The notes under the pieces: generated by a model
Told to the model about the DNA's origin: nothing
Seen by the model: the letters and a program-made list of their open reading frames with translations, nothing else
Databases searched by the model: none
Position numbers and translations under genes: made by a program
NCBI GenBank assembly: GCA_041664225.1
Contig: JBAYLE010000001.1
Location: 4,939 to 68,938, forward strand
Origin: Parcubacteria group bacterium
GTDB taxonomy: Bacteria; Patescibacteriota; Minisyncoccia; Moranbacterales; UBA2206
Direction of reading: 5' to 3'
DNA length: 64,000 nucleotides
Shown: positions 40,781-49,682 of the stretch, piece by piece
Position numbering within the stretch: position 1 is the stretch's first letter
How the letters are laid out: each line of letters starts with the position of its first letter

Positions 40781-41272
40781 ATGAAGAAGGAATTCACACT
40801 TCTCATTGTTGTTTCATTGATTCTCGGACTCGTGGGTTTTTCAACCGCCTTTGCAACAACTCCGTCGACCGAAAACCAGAATCCATTTTCCCAGCAGATA
40901 ATGACGGCATATGAAGGCGTGACAAAAGCAGCAATCAACGGACAGACCATCGACACTGCATATTCGATAAGCGCAGGCAAGGTGGAGGCACAGAAGATCG
41001 AGGTTCAAAAAACGGGTAAGGCAGAAACAAAAGCACCTTTGGAAATCGTGGCGGCTGAACATGTACCGAAATATACCCTGAATAGAAGTGAAGGTACCGC
41101 GGCCGAGGCAAATTACATTGTGATAAAATCCGAGATGGATATTGGCGGAATGGGCGGAATCGCTCTCATTGCGTGGCAAAACGGAGGTGGTCCCACTGTA
41201 GGAACGGCGCAGATGGCAATCGCAATCAGAAATACATGGGCCCACACTGACGCCGGATTTGTACTCGTTTAA
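40781..41272 (+). CDS. Secreted hypothetical protein
   Basis: MKK + hydrophobic stretch + AFA signal peptide; GGGAG RBS; own promoter and terminator. Confidence 0.75.
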   Translation: MKKEFTLLIVVSLILGLVGFSTAFATTPSTENQNPFSQQIMTAYEGVTKAAINGQTIDTAYSISAGKVEAQKIEVQKTGKAETKAPLEIVAAEHVPKYTLNRSEGTAAEANYIVIKSEMDIGGMGGIALIAWQNGGGPTVGTAQMAIAIRNTWAHTDAGFVLV

Positions 41273-41354
41273 TACGATATGGCTGCAAAAGTAAATAAGT
41301 TAATCACTCTCGATTTGGATGTTTAACACATCATCCTCCTCGTTCTCACTTTTT

Positions 41355-41401
41355 AAAGCCTCTGGTTTTGCTTAACAGCGATCTTCACCAGAGGCTTTTT
41401 T
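41355..41401 (+). terminator. Intrinsic terminator
   Basis: AAAGCCTCTGGT..ACCAGAGGCTTT followed by T tract. Confidence 0.75.
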
Positions 41402-41534
41402 ATTTATTAAATTTCTTATAAAATTAGTTAAATTAAGGACCAAAGCGGATAGTTTATTGTCTGTTTGGGTGAGTGAATTTGGGGCTGGCGGAGGAGAGGA
41501 TTTTGGATTATACTAATTGGACTGAAAAGAAAAT

Positions 41535-43379
41535 ATGAAAAAAATATTAGATTCAGTCAATTTTCCCCAGGATATAAGAAATATTTCAGAGGACAAGTTG
41601 CCGCAACTTTGCTCGGAGGTGCGGGATTTTTTAATTGATAGTATTTCACGAACCGGCGGTCATTTTGGATCAAATCTGGGCGTGGTTGAGCTAACGGTCG
41701 CAATTCACCGGGTTTTTGATACCCCCAGAGACTTGCTGATTTGGGATGTAGGGCACCAAGCTTATCCGCACAAAATTTTGACTGGTCGCAAAGATCGGAT
41801 GGATACTATCAGAAAAAAAGGAGGACTGGCGCCTTTCCCCAAAAGAGAAGAGAGCGAATATGATCCTTTGAGCGTTGGTCATTCGGGCACCTCGATCAGT
41901 GCGGCCACAGGGATGGCGATTGCCAATAGAAATAAAAAAAATGCGCCACAGGTAGTGGCCGTGATTGGGGACGGGGCTCTCACGGGCGGAATGGCTTTTG
42001 AAGCGCTTGATCATGCGGGAGATGTCGGAGCGAATATCCTTGTGATTCTTAATGATAACAAGATGTCGATTTCGCCTAATGTGGGCAGTATGGGTAAGTA
42101 TCTAACGCGTCTGATTTCATCGCCAACGTATGTGCAATTGCGCGAGAGGGGAAGGGAAATACTCAGCAGTGTTCCGACCATCAAGAAACTTATACGCCGG
42201 GCCGAAGTCCAAACGAAAGGGATCATCACACCCGGAACGCTTTTTGAAGAATTAGGTTTTGATTATTATGGACCGATTGATGGGCATGATGTCAAGACAC
42301 TAGTGGAAGTTCTCACAAATCTCAAAAAAATCAAAGGTCCGAGATTTTTACACGTTATAACTACGAAAGGAAAGGGGTATGTGCCGGCGGAAGTCGATGA
42401 ATTTTCTTTGCATGCAGTAAAACCTTTTGACCCGGTTACAGGCAAAAAAAATGAAAACCAGAAAAAGGGCATAACTTTTACCAATGTTTTTTCTGATTGG
42501 ATATGCGATGCGGCAGAAAAAGATGTTCGGTTGCATGCTATTACACCGGCAATGTGTGACGGATCGGGGCTAGTTGAATTTAGCAAAAAATTTCCCAAGC
42601 GTTATCATGACGTTGGCATTGCCGAACAACACGCGGTAACTTTTGCGGCGGGTCTGGCTTGCGAGAGGAAAAAACCGGTGGTGGCAATTTATTCCACGTT
42701 TTTACAGCGGGCTTATGACCAACTGATCCATGATGTGGCGCTGCAAAATTTGAGCGTGCTTTTTGCCATTGATCGGGCCGGAGTGGTGGGGCAAGACGGC
42801 GCGACGCACGCCGGAAACTTGGATCTTTCGTTTATGCGGGCGGTTCCTAATTTAGTCATCATGGCGCCGGCAAATGAGAATGAATGTTATTCAATGTTAG
42901 AGGCGGGATACAAATATGATGGTCCAGTGGCGGTGAGATATCCAAGAGGCGGCAGCGGTGAAGAATATGACAAAAATAAATGCGAACCGATAGAAATTGG
43001 GAAAGCCAAGATAATCAGAGAGGGAGAAAAGGTTGCGATTTTGGCTTTTGGAACGATGGTGGGCAAAACAAAAAAAGCGGCTGAAAAATTAAACGCCACT
43101 TTGGTGAATATGCGATTTGTAAAACCACTGGACGAAGACCTTTTACGAGAGCTTGCGAAATCGCACGAATATTTTGTGACGGTTGAAGATAATGTTGTCG
43201 CCGGCGGTGCGGGCAGTGCGGTCAATGAATTTGTTTTCAGTGCCGGGCTAAAAGTGGCCGTGAAAAATATCGGACTTCCGGATAAATTTCTGGAACATGG
43301 GACGCGTGAAGAAATCCTGTCCGAATTTGGGCTGGACGAAGATAGTATCCTAAAGATAGTTTCTGATTTTGCTAAATAA
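41535..43379 (+). CDS. dxs: 1-deoxy-D-xylulose-5-phosphate synthase
   Basis: GGHFGSNLG, WDVGHQAYPHK, GDGALTGG, GIAEQHAV, STFLQRAYDQ, DRAG. Confidence 0.96.
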   Translation: MKKILDSVNFPQDIRNISEDKLPQLCSEVRDFLIDSISRTGGHFGSNLGVVELTVAIHRVFDTPRDLLIWDVGHQAYPHKILTGRKDRMDTIRKKGGLAPFPKREESEYDPLSVGHSGTSISAATGMAIANRNKKNAPQVVAVIGDGALTGGMAFEALDHAGDVGANILVILNDNKMSISPNVGSMGKYLTRLISSPTYVQLRERGREILSSVPTIKKLIRRAEVQTKGIITPGTLFEELGFDYYGPIDGHDVKTLVEVLTNLKKIKGPRFLHVITTKGKGYVPAEVDEFSLHAVKPFDPVTGKKNENQKKGITFTNVFSDWICDAAEKDVRLHAITPAMCDGSGLVEFSKKFPKRYHDVGIAEQHAVTFAAGLACERKKPVVAIYSTFLQRAYDQLIHDVALQNLSVLFAIDRAGVVGQDGATHAGNLDLSFMRAVPNLVIMAPANENECYSMLEAGYKYDGPVAVRYPRGGSGEEYDKNKCEPIEIGKAKIIREGEKVAILAFGTMVGKTKKAAEKLNATLVNMRFVKPLDEDLLRELAKSHEYFVTVEDNVVAGGAGSAVNEFVFSAGLKVAVKNIGLPDKFLEHGTREEILSEFGLDEDSILKIVSDFAK

Positions 43380-44952
43380 GACTCTTTACCATATAAGTAT
43401 TCTTCAATTTATATCCAAGTTTGCGGTAGTAATTTCGAACACCCACGCCCGATATTACTACAATTTTGTTTAGGCCGAATTCTTTTTTGGCGATGCGCTC
43501 CGCTTCTTGCATCAGTTTTTTGCCGAGGCCGATATGCTGAGGTGATTTTTTATCCTGTTTATTTATCTCTGTCATTTTTCCGTAAGTGTGCACCTCGCGA
43601 ACAAGGGCGACACTTGGAAGCTCGGCTTCCAAGCTGGGAATGCGCAGACGCAAAAGGGCAAATAATTTTTTCTTGTCCGGCGAAACATACTGCAAGAATA
43701 TTTCCTGGCCATCTGAAGCGGGATAATCAATCCGGTCTAAAATTATTTTTTCATTTATTTTATAATCCGCTCCGACTTCCCGGCAGCGGATACAAGGGCA
43801 GTTGGATTTTCCGGCGATCATTTGGCGGAGATTAGAAAGTGTCGGTCCAGCTACTATGGAAGTGGCGGGCACGTCGCGTACCAGTCGTGAAATTCTCATG
43901 TAGGGCGGAATAATTTTGTTTTTCACTTGCAAAATAAATTTTTCAAATTGCTTGTCGGTCAGCGGTTTATAAGATCCTTTTTTCCAAAAATTATAGAGCG
44001 CGCTGTTTCTGACCACGACTGTCGGATAAATTTTTAGCATATCCGGCTGAAAGTCTGGATTGGAAAATAATTCCCGAAACATTTTGTGGTCTTTTTTTAA
44101 ATTTGATCCCGGAAGGCCGGGCATAATGTGATAATTAATTTTAAATCCAGCGTCTTTCAGTAATTTCGTGGCCTCAATAGTTTTTTGGACGCCGTGCCCG
44201 CGCTTGTTGATTTTCAACACATCATCAAAAATACTTTGCACCCCAAGTTCTACACGGGTCGCGCCCAATTTTCTGAAATTCAAAATTTCTTCTTCATCGA
44301 TATAATCCGGTCTAGTTTCCAGTGTCAAACCGACAATTCGATGTCTGGCCTTTTCGTTTATTTTTTGTTCACTTAATAAATAATTAACTTTGAACTTTGC
44401 ATTTTTAACTTTTAACTTCCTGGGGTAGTCATTACACGCGCGAAAACATTCAGTGATGAATTTTAGCTGATAAGATTTTGGTAAATAGGAAAATGTTCCG
44501 CCCATAACAATCAGCTCGATTTTGTCTGTTTTGTGGCCATTGAGTTCAAGCGAGCGCAGGCGATTCCAAGCTTGAAGATACGGATTGAATTTGGAAGCGA
44601 TGGCTCGCATTACTGCTGGTTCATTGGATAGATAGCTCTTAGGCATGTCTTTTTCAGTGGGGCAATAGAGGCACTTTCCTGGACAAGGATAGGCCTTGGT
44701 CAGCACGGCGACAATAGCGACGCCGGATTGGGTGCGGATTTTACGACTTTGGAGCACTTCCTCAAACTTGATATTCCGCTCTATTTTCCCAGCCTTGATC
44801 ATTTTTTCATAATGCTCTCGTAAATCAGCGTTGGTCGGCAGGGGAAGCTGTAGCACGCCTGAAATTTCTTTCTTTAAACTTAAAAAAACTTCCGAGTTTT
44901 TTGGGACTTTATTAGTTGCTAGTTTTATGAAATTATCGTAGGCTATGTTCAT
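43372..44952 (-). CDS. elp3: Elp3-like tRNA U34 acetyltransferase (radical SAM + KAT)
   Basis: RTQSGVA, CPGKCLYCP, IVMGGTF, LETRPD, VELGVQ, LKIYP, REVHTYG, QHIGLG, ISGVGVRNYYRKLGY. Confidence 0.93.
   Translation of the reverse strand: MNIAYDNFIKLATNKVPKNSEVFLSLKKEISGVLQLPLPTNADLREHYEKMIKAGKIERNIKFEEVLQSRKIRTQSGVAIVAVLTKAYPCPGKCLYCPTEKDMPKSYLSNEPAVMRAIASKFNPYLQAWNRLRSLELNGHKTDKIELIVMGGTFSYLPKSYQLKFITECFRACNDYPRKLKVKNAKFKVNYLLSEQKINEKARHRIVGLTLETRPDYIDEEEILNFRKLGATRVELGVQSIFDDVLKINKRGHGVQKTIEATKLLKDAGFKINYHIMPGLPGSNLKKDHKMFRELFSNPDFQPDMLKIYPTVVVRNSALYNFWKKGSYKPLTDKQFEKFILQVKNKIIPPYMRISRLVRDVPATSIVAGPTLSNLRQMIAGKSNCPCIRCREVGADYKINEKIILDRIDYPASDGQEIFLQYVSPDKKKLFALLRLRIPSLEAELPSVALVREVHTYGKMTEINKQDKKSPQHIGLGKKLMQEAERIAKKEFGLNKIVVISGVGVRNYYRKLGYKLKNTYMVKSLI
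44916..44944 (+). promoter_or_regulatory. Putative promoter for leaderless methyltransferase mRNA, inside elp3 5' coding region
   Basis: TTGCTA-N17-TAGGCT ending 6 nt before ATG 44951. Confidence 0.45.
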
Positions 44953-45646
44953 GGAAAAAGAAACTATTGAAAACATATTGAAGGAGACTGAAACTGGCTA
45001 TGATCTGATGGCGGATAAATTTTCGGAAACTCGGAATTTTTTTTGGCGCGGAATGGAATTTATCGGAGATTATGCCAAAACGGACGATAAGATTCTTGAT
45101 TTTGGTTGTGGTAATGGCCGGTTGTTAGAGCTATTTCAAGACAAAAAAATTGATTATACTGGTGTGGATGTTTCCCAAAAACTCCTTGATTTAGCCAAAA
45201 ACAAATATCCGGCAGAAAGTATAAGCTTTTTGAAAATCGATCCTAGCCAACAAAGCTTACCATTTGAAGATGATTTTTTCAATAGCTCGTACTCGATCGC
45301 GGTTTTTCATCATTTGCCTGCGGAGCACGCGGAAAAAATGGTCCAGGAACTGCATCGGATCACTAAGCCCGGAGGTTATATAATTGTCACCGCTTGGAAT
45401 CTGTGGCAGAAACAATATCTCAAAAACATTTTGAAAAATTGGCTGGAAAAAATATCTGGAAAATCCAATTTGGATTGGAATGATTGTTATATCACTTTTA
45501 AGAATAATCAGGGTGAGACTTTCCATCGCTATCACCATGCTTTCACAGGAGGGGAGCTGGAAAAAATGTTCGAAAAAGCCGGCTTTAAAACGAAAAAATG
45601 CCAAATTGTCAGTGGTAAAAACATAGTTTTTATCGGTAAAAAGTGA
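44951..45646 (+). CDS. Class I SAM methyltransferase, Trm9/ALKBH8-like
   Basis: YD..A.KFSETR, LDFGCGNGR, SIAVFHH, PGG.IIVTAW, RYHHAF..GEL. Confidence 0.8.
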   Translation: MEKETIENILKETETGYDLMADKFSETRNFFWRGMEFIGDYAKTDDKILDFGCGNGRLLELFQDKKIDYTGVDVSQKLLDLAKNKYPAESISFLKIDPSQQSLPFEDDFFNSSYSIAVFHHLPAEHAEKMVQELHRITKPGGYIIVTAWNLWQKQYLKNILKNWLEKISGKSNLDWNDCYITFKNNQGETFHRYHHAFTGGELEKMFEKAGFKTKKCQIVSGKNIVFIGKK

Positions 45647-45673
45647 ATTAAAAAGTTATCCACAAGCGGGGAT

Positions 45674-45731
45674 TTGACAAGTATTTGTATAGTGATATAC
45701 TATCAGTATAATTAATAAATTATATCACTAT
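45674..45731 (+). promoter_or_regulatory. Promoter of lexA-like gene with inverted repeat (putative operator)
   Basis: TTGACA-N16-TATACT with TG extension; ATAGTGATATA (45689) and TATATCACTAT (45721) perfect inverted pair. Confidence 0.6.
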
Positions 45732-46398
45732 GGAATCATTAACATCGAAACAAAATACTGTCCTGGAAACCATTCGCGAAATTATTAACACAGGCAAAGA
45801 AAATCCAACCGCTTATCGTGTGCATAAACATCTGGAAGAAAGAGGGGTAGAGGTAGGCAGTCTCAAAGGCACAGTCCAGGTGATTGAGGCGCTGGAGAAA
45901 AAGGACCTGCTCAAGAGAGATAAAAGTAAAAAAATCTATCTGGTGGAAAATGAGAATTACGCCGATTTGGGTAATATTTTTTCTATTCCGATGTATGGGC
46001 TGGCTTCTTGCGGTGAGGCGCTGGCATATGCTGACGATACTAATGTTGATGGCTATCTGCAAATTTCCAAAAGTCTTTTTCGCCAAAACGACCCGGCGCA
46101 GTTGTTTGCGGTCAAAGCCTTGGGGGACTCCATGGATAAAGAAGAAATCAATGATGGAGATTATGTGGTTTTTGAAAAGTGCGAACAGGGAAATGATTTT
46201 GAGGGCAAAATTGTAGTTGCAGTTATTAATGGCATGGCGACAATCAAGCGGTATAAAAAATTGAAGCATGGCATCATCGGATTGTTCCCGCACTCAAGCA
46301 ACAAGATACATCAGCCGATCTATCTGGACGAATCGGACTCAATTCTCATTGCTGGCGTCTTCCGAAAAGTCTTGCCAGTGGCGTATGTGAGTTTATAA
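45730..46398 (+). CDS. LexA-like repressor / S24 peptidase
   Basis: LTSKQ..VL wHTH start, ASCG cleavage site, GDSM serine, ATIKR lysine. Confidence 0.85.
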   Translation: MESLTSKQNTVLETIREIINTGKENPTAYRVHKHLEERGVEVGSLKGTVQVIEALEKKDLLKRDKSKKIYLVENENYADLGNIFSIPMYGLASCGEALAYADDTNVDGYLQISKSLFRQNDPAQLFAVKALGDSMDKEEINDGDYVVFEKCEQGNDFEGKIVVAVINGMATIKRYKKLKHGIIGLFPHSSNKIHQPIYLDESDSILIAGVFRKVLPVAYVSL

Positions 46399-46500
46399 AA
46401 TCTGTGGATAACTTTTGAAAATCTGAAAAAAATCTAGGAAAATCCGCCGGTTTGCAACATCTTGGCGGATTTTTCAATTGTGGTATAATGACATTAATAT

Positions 46501-46516
46501 ATACAATATGTAGTAT
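46501..46516 (+). promoter_or_regulatory. Putative NrdR box
   Basis: ATACAATATGTAGTAT resembles the acaCwAtATaTwGtgt consensus; lies just downstream of TGGTATAAT and upstream of nrdR. Confidence 0.6.
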
Positions 46517-46578
46517 AAAAAGTTTATCCCGGCACAAATTTTTCTTAAGTTCTGGGATAATATTTTTGAGAAAAATCC

Positions 46579-47031
46579 ATGAATTGTCCTTTTTGCAATA
46601 ATAGCGAAACCAAAGTAGTTGATTCGCGAGATACCAATGAAGGCAAAATTACACGCCGAAGACGCGAATGTATCGAGTGCAATGCCCGATTCAGCACCTA
46701 TGAAGAAGTAGAACTTTTACGTTTGGCAGTTTTGAAGAAGAACGGCGAAAAAGTTGATTATGATAAAAGCAAGGTAGAGACCGGAGTCAGGCGAGCCTTA
46801 GTCAAACGACCGGTGACGCAGGAGCGGGTGGCTAAACTCTTGGGAGACATTGAGTATGAGATCCATGCCCTTGAAAAACCGGAAGTAACGACGCGGGAAA
46901 TCGGCAAGATTGTTCTCAAAAAGCTGAAAGAACTGGACGAGGTGGCGTATGTGAGGTTTGCCAGTGTGTACAAATCATTCGGAAGCGTAGAAAGTTTCAA
47001 AAAAGAACTGGATATGCTGGAAGATAAATAA
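46579..47031 (+). CDS. nrdR: Transcriptional repressor NrdR
   Basis: MNCPFC..TKVVDSR, RRRREC..C..RFSTYE, DEVAYVRFASVY. Confidence 0.97.
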   Translation: MNCPFCNNSETKVVDSRDTNEGKITRRRRECIECNARFSTYEEVELLRLAVLKKNGEKVDYDKSKVETGVRRALVKRPVTQERVAKLLGDIEYEIHALEKPEVTTREIGKIVLKKLKELDEVAYVRFASVYKSFGSVESFKKELDMLEDK

Positions 47032-47105
47032 AGTTAAATTAATATTTTTTTTAATACTTTAATTAGTTTCATCGGAGAGGGGGTCTCTGAATGAATGGAA
47101 AGATT

Positions 47106-49286
47106 ATGGCGAAAACAAAAACGAAAAAAAGGGGAGTAAAAAAAGAAACACAAGAAAAGAAAAGCGTGAAAAAGGTTTCCGCAAAAAGGGAAACAAAAAA
47201 AACAGAGGAAAACAGGGTTACTAAGGTTATCAAGCGAAGCGGAAACGTGGTCAATCTTGATCCGGCGAAAATTGTTAAAGCAGTGAGCAAGGCCTTTTTA
47301 GCAACCGGCGAAGGCAGTCTCAAGGATGCGGAGAAAGTTTCCCAGAAAGTCGTTCAGCTTTTGAATAAAAATTACAAAAAGGGCTATCTTCCGGAAATTG
47401 AAGAAATCCAGGACCTCGTGGAAAGAGTTTTAATGATCTTGGATTTTGAAGAAACCGCCAAATCCTATATCTTGTACCGTGAACAGCATCGAAAAATTCG
47501 TGAAACAGAGGAGTCGCTGAAAGAAGCCGTTGACTTGGTGGATAAATATATCCAGGAAATTGACTGGAAGGTCAAAGAGAACGCCAATATGGCATATTCA
47601 CTGCAAGGACTTAACAATTATATTTCTTCCATCGTCAGCTCGAAGTATTGGATGAATCGCGTTTATACGAAAGAGATCCGCGAGGCGCACGAAGGCGGTG
47701 ATTTTCATATCCATGATTTGCAATTGGTAGCGGCTTATTGTTGCGGTTGGGATCTGCAAGATCTTATCCGCCGCGGATTTACCGGCGTTCCGGGCAAAGT
47801 CGCTTGCAAACCAGCCAAACATCTGGGATCAATTTTGGGGCAGATGGTTAATTTTATTTATACGCTTCAGGGAGAAGTGGCTGGCGCGCAGGCTTTCTCC
47901 AATTTCGATACCCTGCTGGCGCCATTTGTCCGGTGCGATAATTTGACTTACGAAAAAGTAAAACAAGAAATTCAGTCATTTGTTTTTAACATGAATGTTT
48001 CCACGCGCGTCGGATTTCAAACCCCTTTTTCCAACATCACCATGGACATCACCGCACCCAAAACTTTGGCAAAAGAAGCGGTGATTATCGGCGGCGTGCC
48101 GCAAAAAGAAACTTACGCGGACTTTCAGGAAGAAATGAATATGATCAATCGGGCTTTTGCCGAAGTTATGACGGAAGGCGACGCCAGCGGAAGAATTTTT
48201 ACTTTTCCGATTCCGACTTATAATATCGACAAAAACTTCAATTGGGCGGATGAAAAATTCAATGCTATCTGGGAGATGACGGCTAAATATGGCATTCCGT
48301 ATTTTGCCAACTTTATCAATTCCGATATGGATCCGGACGACGCGCGCAGTATGTGCTGTCGGCTGCGTCTGGATAATCGCGAGCTGCATAAGCGGGGCGG
48401 TGGACTCTTTGGCGCAAATCCCCTGACTGGATCAATTGGAGTCGTTACGATCAATATGCCGCGATTGGGATACGTAGCTAAGAATAAAAAAGATTTTTTT
48501 CAGCGCCTGGATAAGCTTATGGATATCGCCAAGGAAAGCCTGGAGGTTAAAAGAAAAATGGTGGAAAATATGACAGAGAAAGGTCTTTATCCATACACCA
48601 AAGTTTATTTAGATTCCATTAAGATGCGGCGCGGAGAATATTGGGCCAATCATTTTTCTACGATAGGCTTGATCGGGATGAATGAAGCTTTAATAAATTT
48701 GCTCGGAAAAGATATTTCTACCAAAGAAGGGCAAAAGTTCGCGGAAGAGGTGTTGGTGCATATGCGGGATCGAATGGTTAAATATCAAAAAGAGATGGGC
48801 AATATGTACAATCTTGAAGCTACGCCAGGAGAAGGGATTACACATCGTTTGGCGGGTATTGATAGAAAGAAATTTTCAGACATGGTTTTTGCCAACGACA
48901 AGGCGGTCAAAGCGGAAGGCGCAATCCCATATTACACAAATTCTTCCCAATTGCCGGTTTATTTTACGGATGATATTTTTGGTGCCCTTGATCTGCAGGA
49001 AAAATTGCAGACTAAATATACCGGAGGAACCGTGTTGCATGGATTTCTGGGAGAGCGCTTGTGGGATATCGAAACTACAAAGAATCTGGTCAGAAAAATC
49101 GCTGAAAATTATTCGTTGCCCTATTTTACTCTGACACCCACTTTCAGTATTTGCCCGGTACACGGTTATTTAAAAGGGGAGCACACGACTTGTCCCAAGT
49201 GCGTAATCGAACAAAAAACTGAAGTTTTTTTGAAGGTAGGAGAGGAAGAGCTTAGGGAAAAACAAGAAAAAATAATAAAAAAATAA
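47106..49286 (+). CDS. nrdD: Class III (anaerobic) ribonucleotide reductase, catalytic chain lacking the glycyl-radical motif
   Basis: ATP cone (VIKRSG), HIHDL, YCCGW, RSMCCRL, LEATP, YTGGTVLH, CPVHG..CPKC; no RVxGY. Confidence 0.93.
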   Translation: MAKTKTKKRGVKKETQEKKSVKKVSAKRETKKTEENRVTKVIKRSGNVVNLDPAKIVKAVSKAFLATGEGSLKDAEKVSQKVVQLLNKNYKKGYLPEIEEIQDLVERVLMILDFEETAKSYILYREQHRKIRETEESLKEAVDLVDKYIQEIDWKVKENANMAYSLQGLNNYISSIVSSKYWMNRVYTKEIREAHEGGDFHIHDLQLVAAYCCGWDLQDLIRRGFTGVPGKVACKPAKHLGSILGQMVNFIYTLQGEVAGAQAFSNFDTLLAPFVRCDNLTYEKVKQEIQSFVFNMNVSTRVGFQTPFSNITMDITAPKTLAKEAVIIGGVPQKETYADFQEEMNMINRAFAEVMTEGDASGRIFTFPIPTYNIDKNFNWADEKFNAIWEMTAKYGIPYFANFINSDMDPDDARSMCCRLRLDNRELHKRGGGLFGANPLTGSIGVVTINMPRLGYVAKNKKDFFQRLDKLMDIAKESLEVKRKMVENMTEKGLYPYTKVYLDSIKMRRGEYWANHFSTIGLIGMNEALINLLGKDISTKEGQKFAEEVLVHMRDRMVKYQKEMGNMYNLEATPGEGITHRLAGIDRKKFSDMVFANDKAVKAEGAIPYYTNSSQLPVYFTDDIFGALDLQEKLQTKYTGGTVLHGFLGERLWDIETTKNLVRKIAENYSLPYFTLTPTFSICPVHGYLKGEHTTCPKCVIEQKTEVFLKVGEEELREKQEKIIKK

Positions 49287-49310
49287 AAATAATAATTAAC
49301 CAAAAAAACT

Positions 49311-49610
49311 ATGAAAAAGCTTGTGTGCCACGATTGCGGCAAAACATTGGAAAAGGGGAGCGAATATGTCCTGTATGAAGTGGTATCAGACAAATTTATC
49401 AAATGTAAAGAGTGCTATAAAAAAGACCCGGTGTTGAAAAATTTCAAAAAAGCCGAAGTTTATTCCCGCGTAGTTGGTTATATACGCCCTGTGGAGCAAT
49501 GGAATGGCGCCAAGCAGGCCGAATTCGGCGACAGAAAAGAATATTGTGTGGGTTGTGCTCCCAAGAAGAAGACGATGAAAAAGATAGCCAAAAGGAAAGG
49601 AGAAAAATAG
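49311..49610 (+). CDS. Stand-alone NrdD glycyl-radical domain protein with zinc finger
   Basis: CHDC...CKEC followed by EVYSRVVGYIRPVEQWN.AKQAEF.DR. Confidence 0.9.
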   Translation: MKKLVCHDCGKTLEKGSEYVLYEVVSDKFIKCKECYKKDPVLKNFKKAEVYSRVVGYIRPVEQWNGAKQAEFGDRKEYCVGCAPKKKTMKKIAKRKGEK

Positions 49611-49682
49611 GGCATTTATAAAAAGATAGCGGGGCGACTTTGATTTTTAAAATCAGGTCGCCCTGATTATTAAAAATTAGTT

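Noticed and set aside
49260-49320. Readthrough, intron or intein joining nrdD to the 99-aa ORF
   Set aside because: Two in-frame TAA stops, no splicing motifs, and both parts have their own zinc finger.
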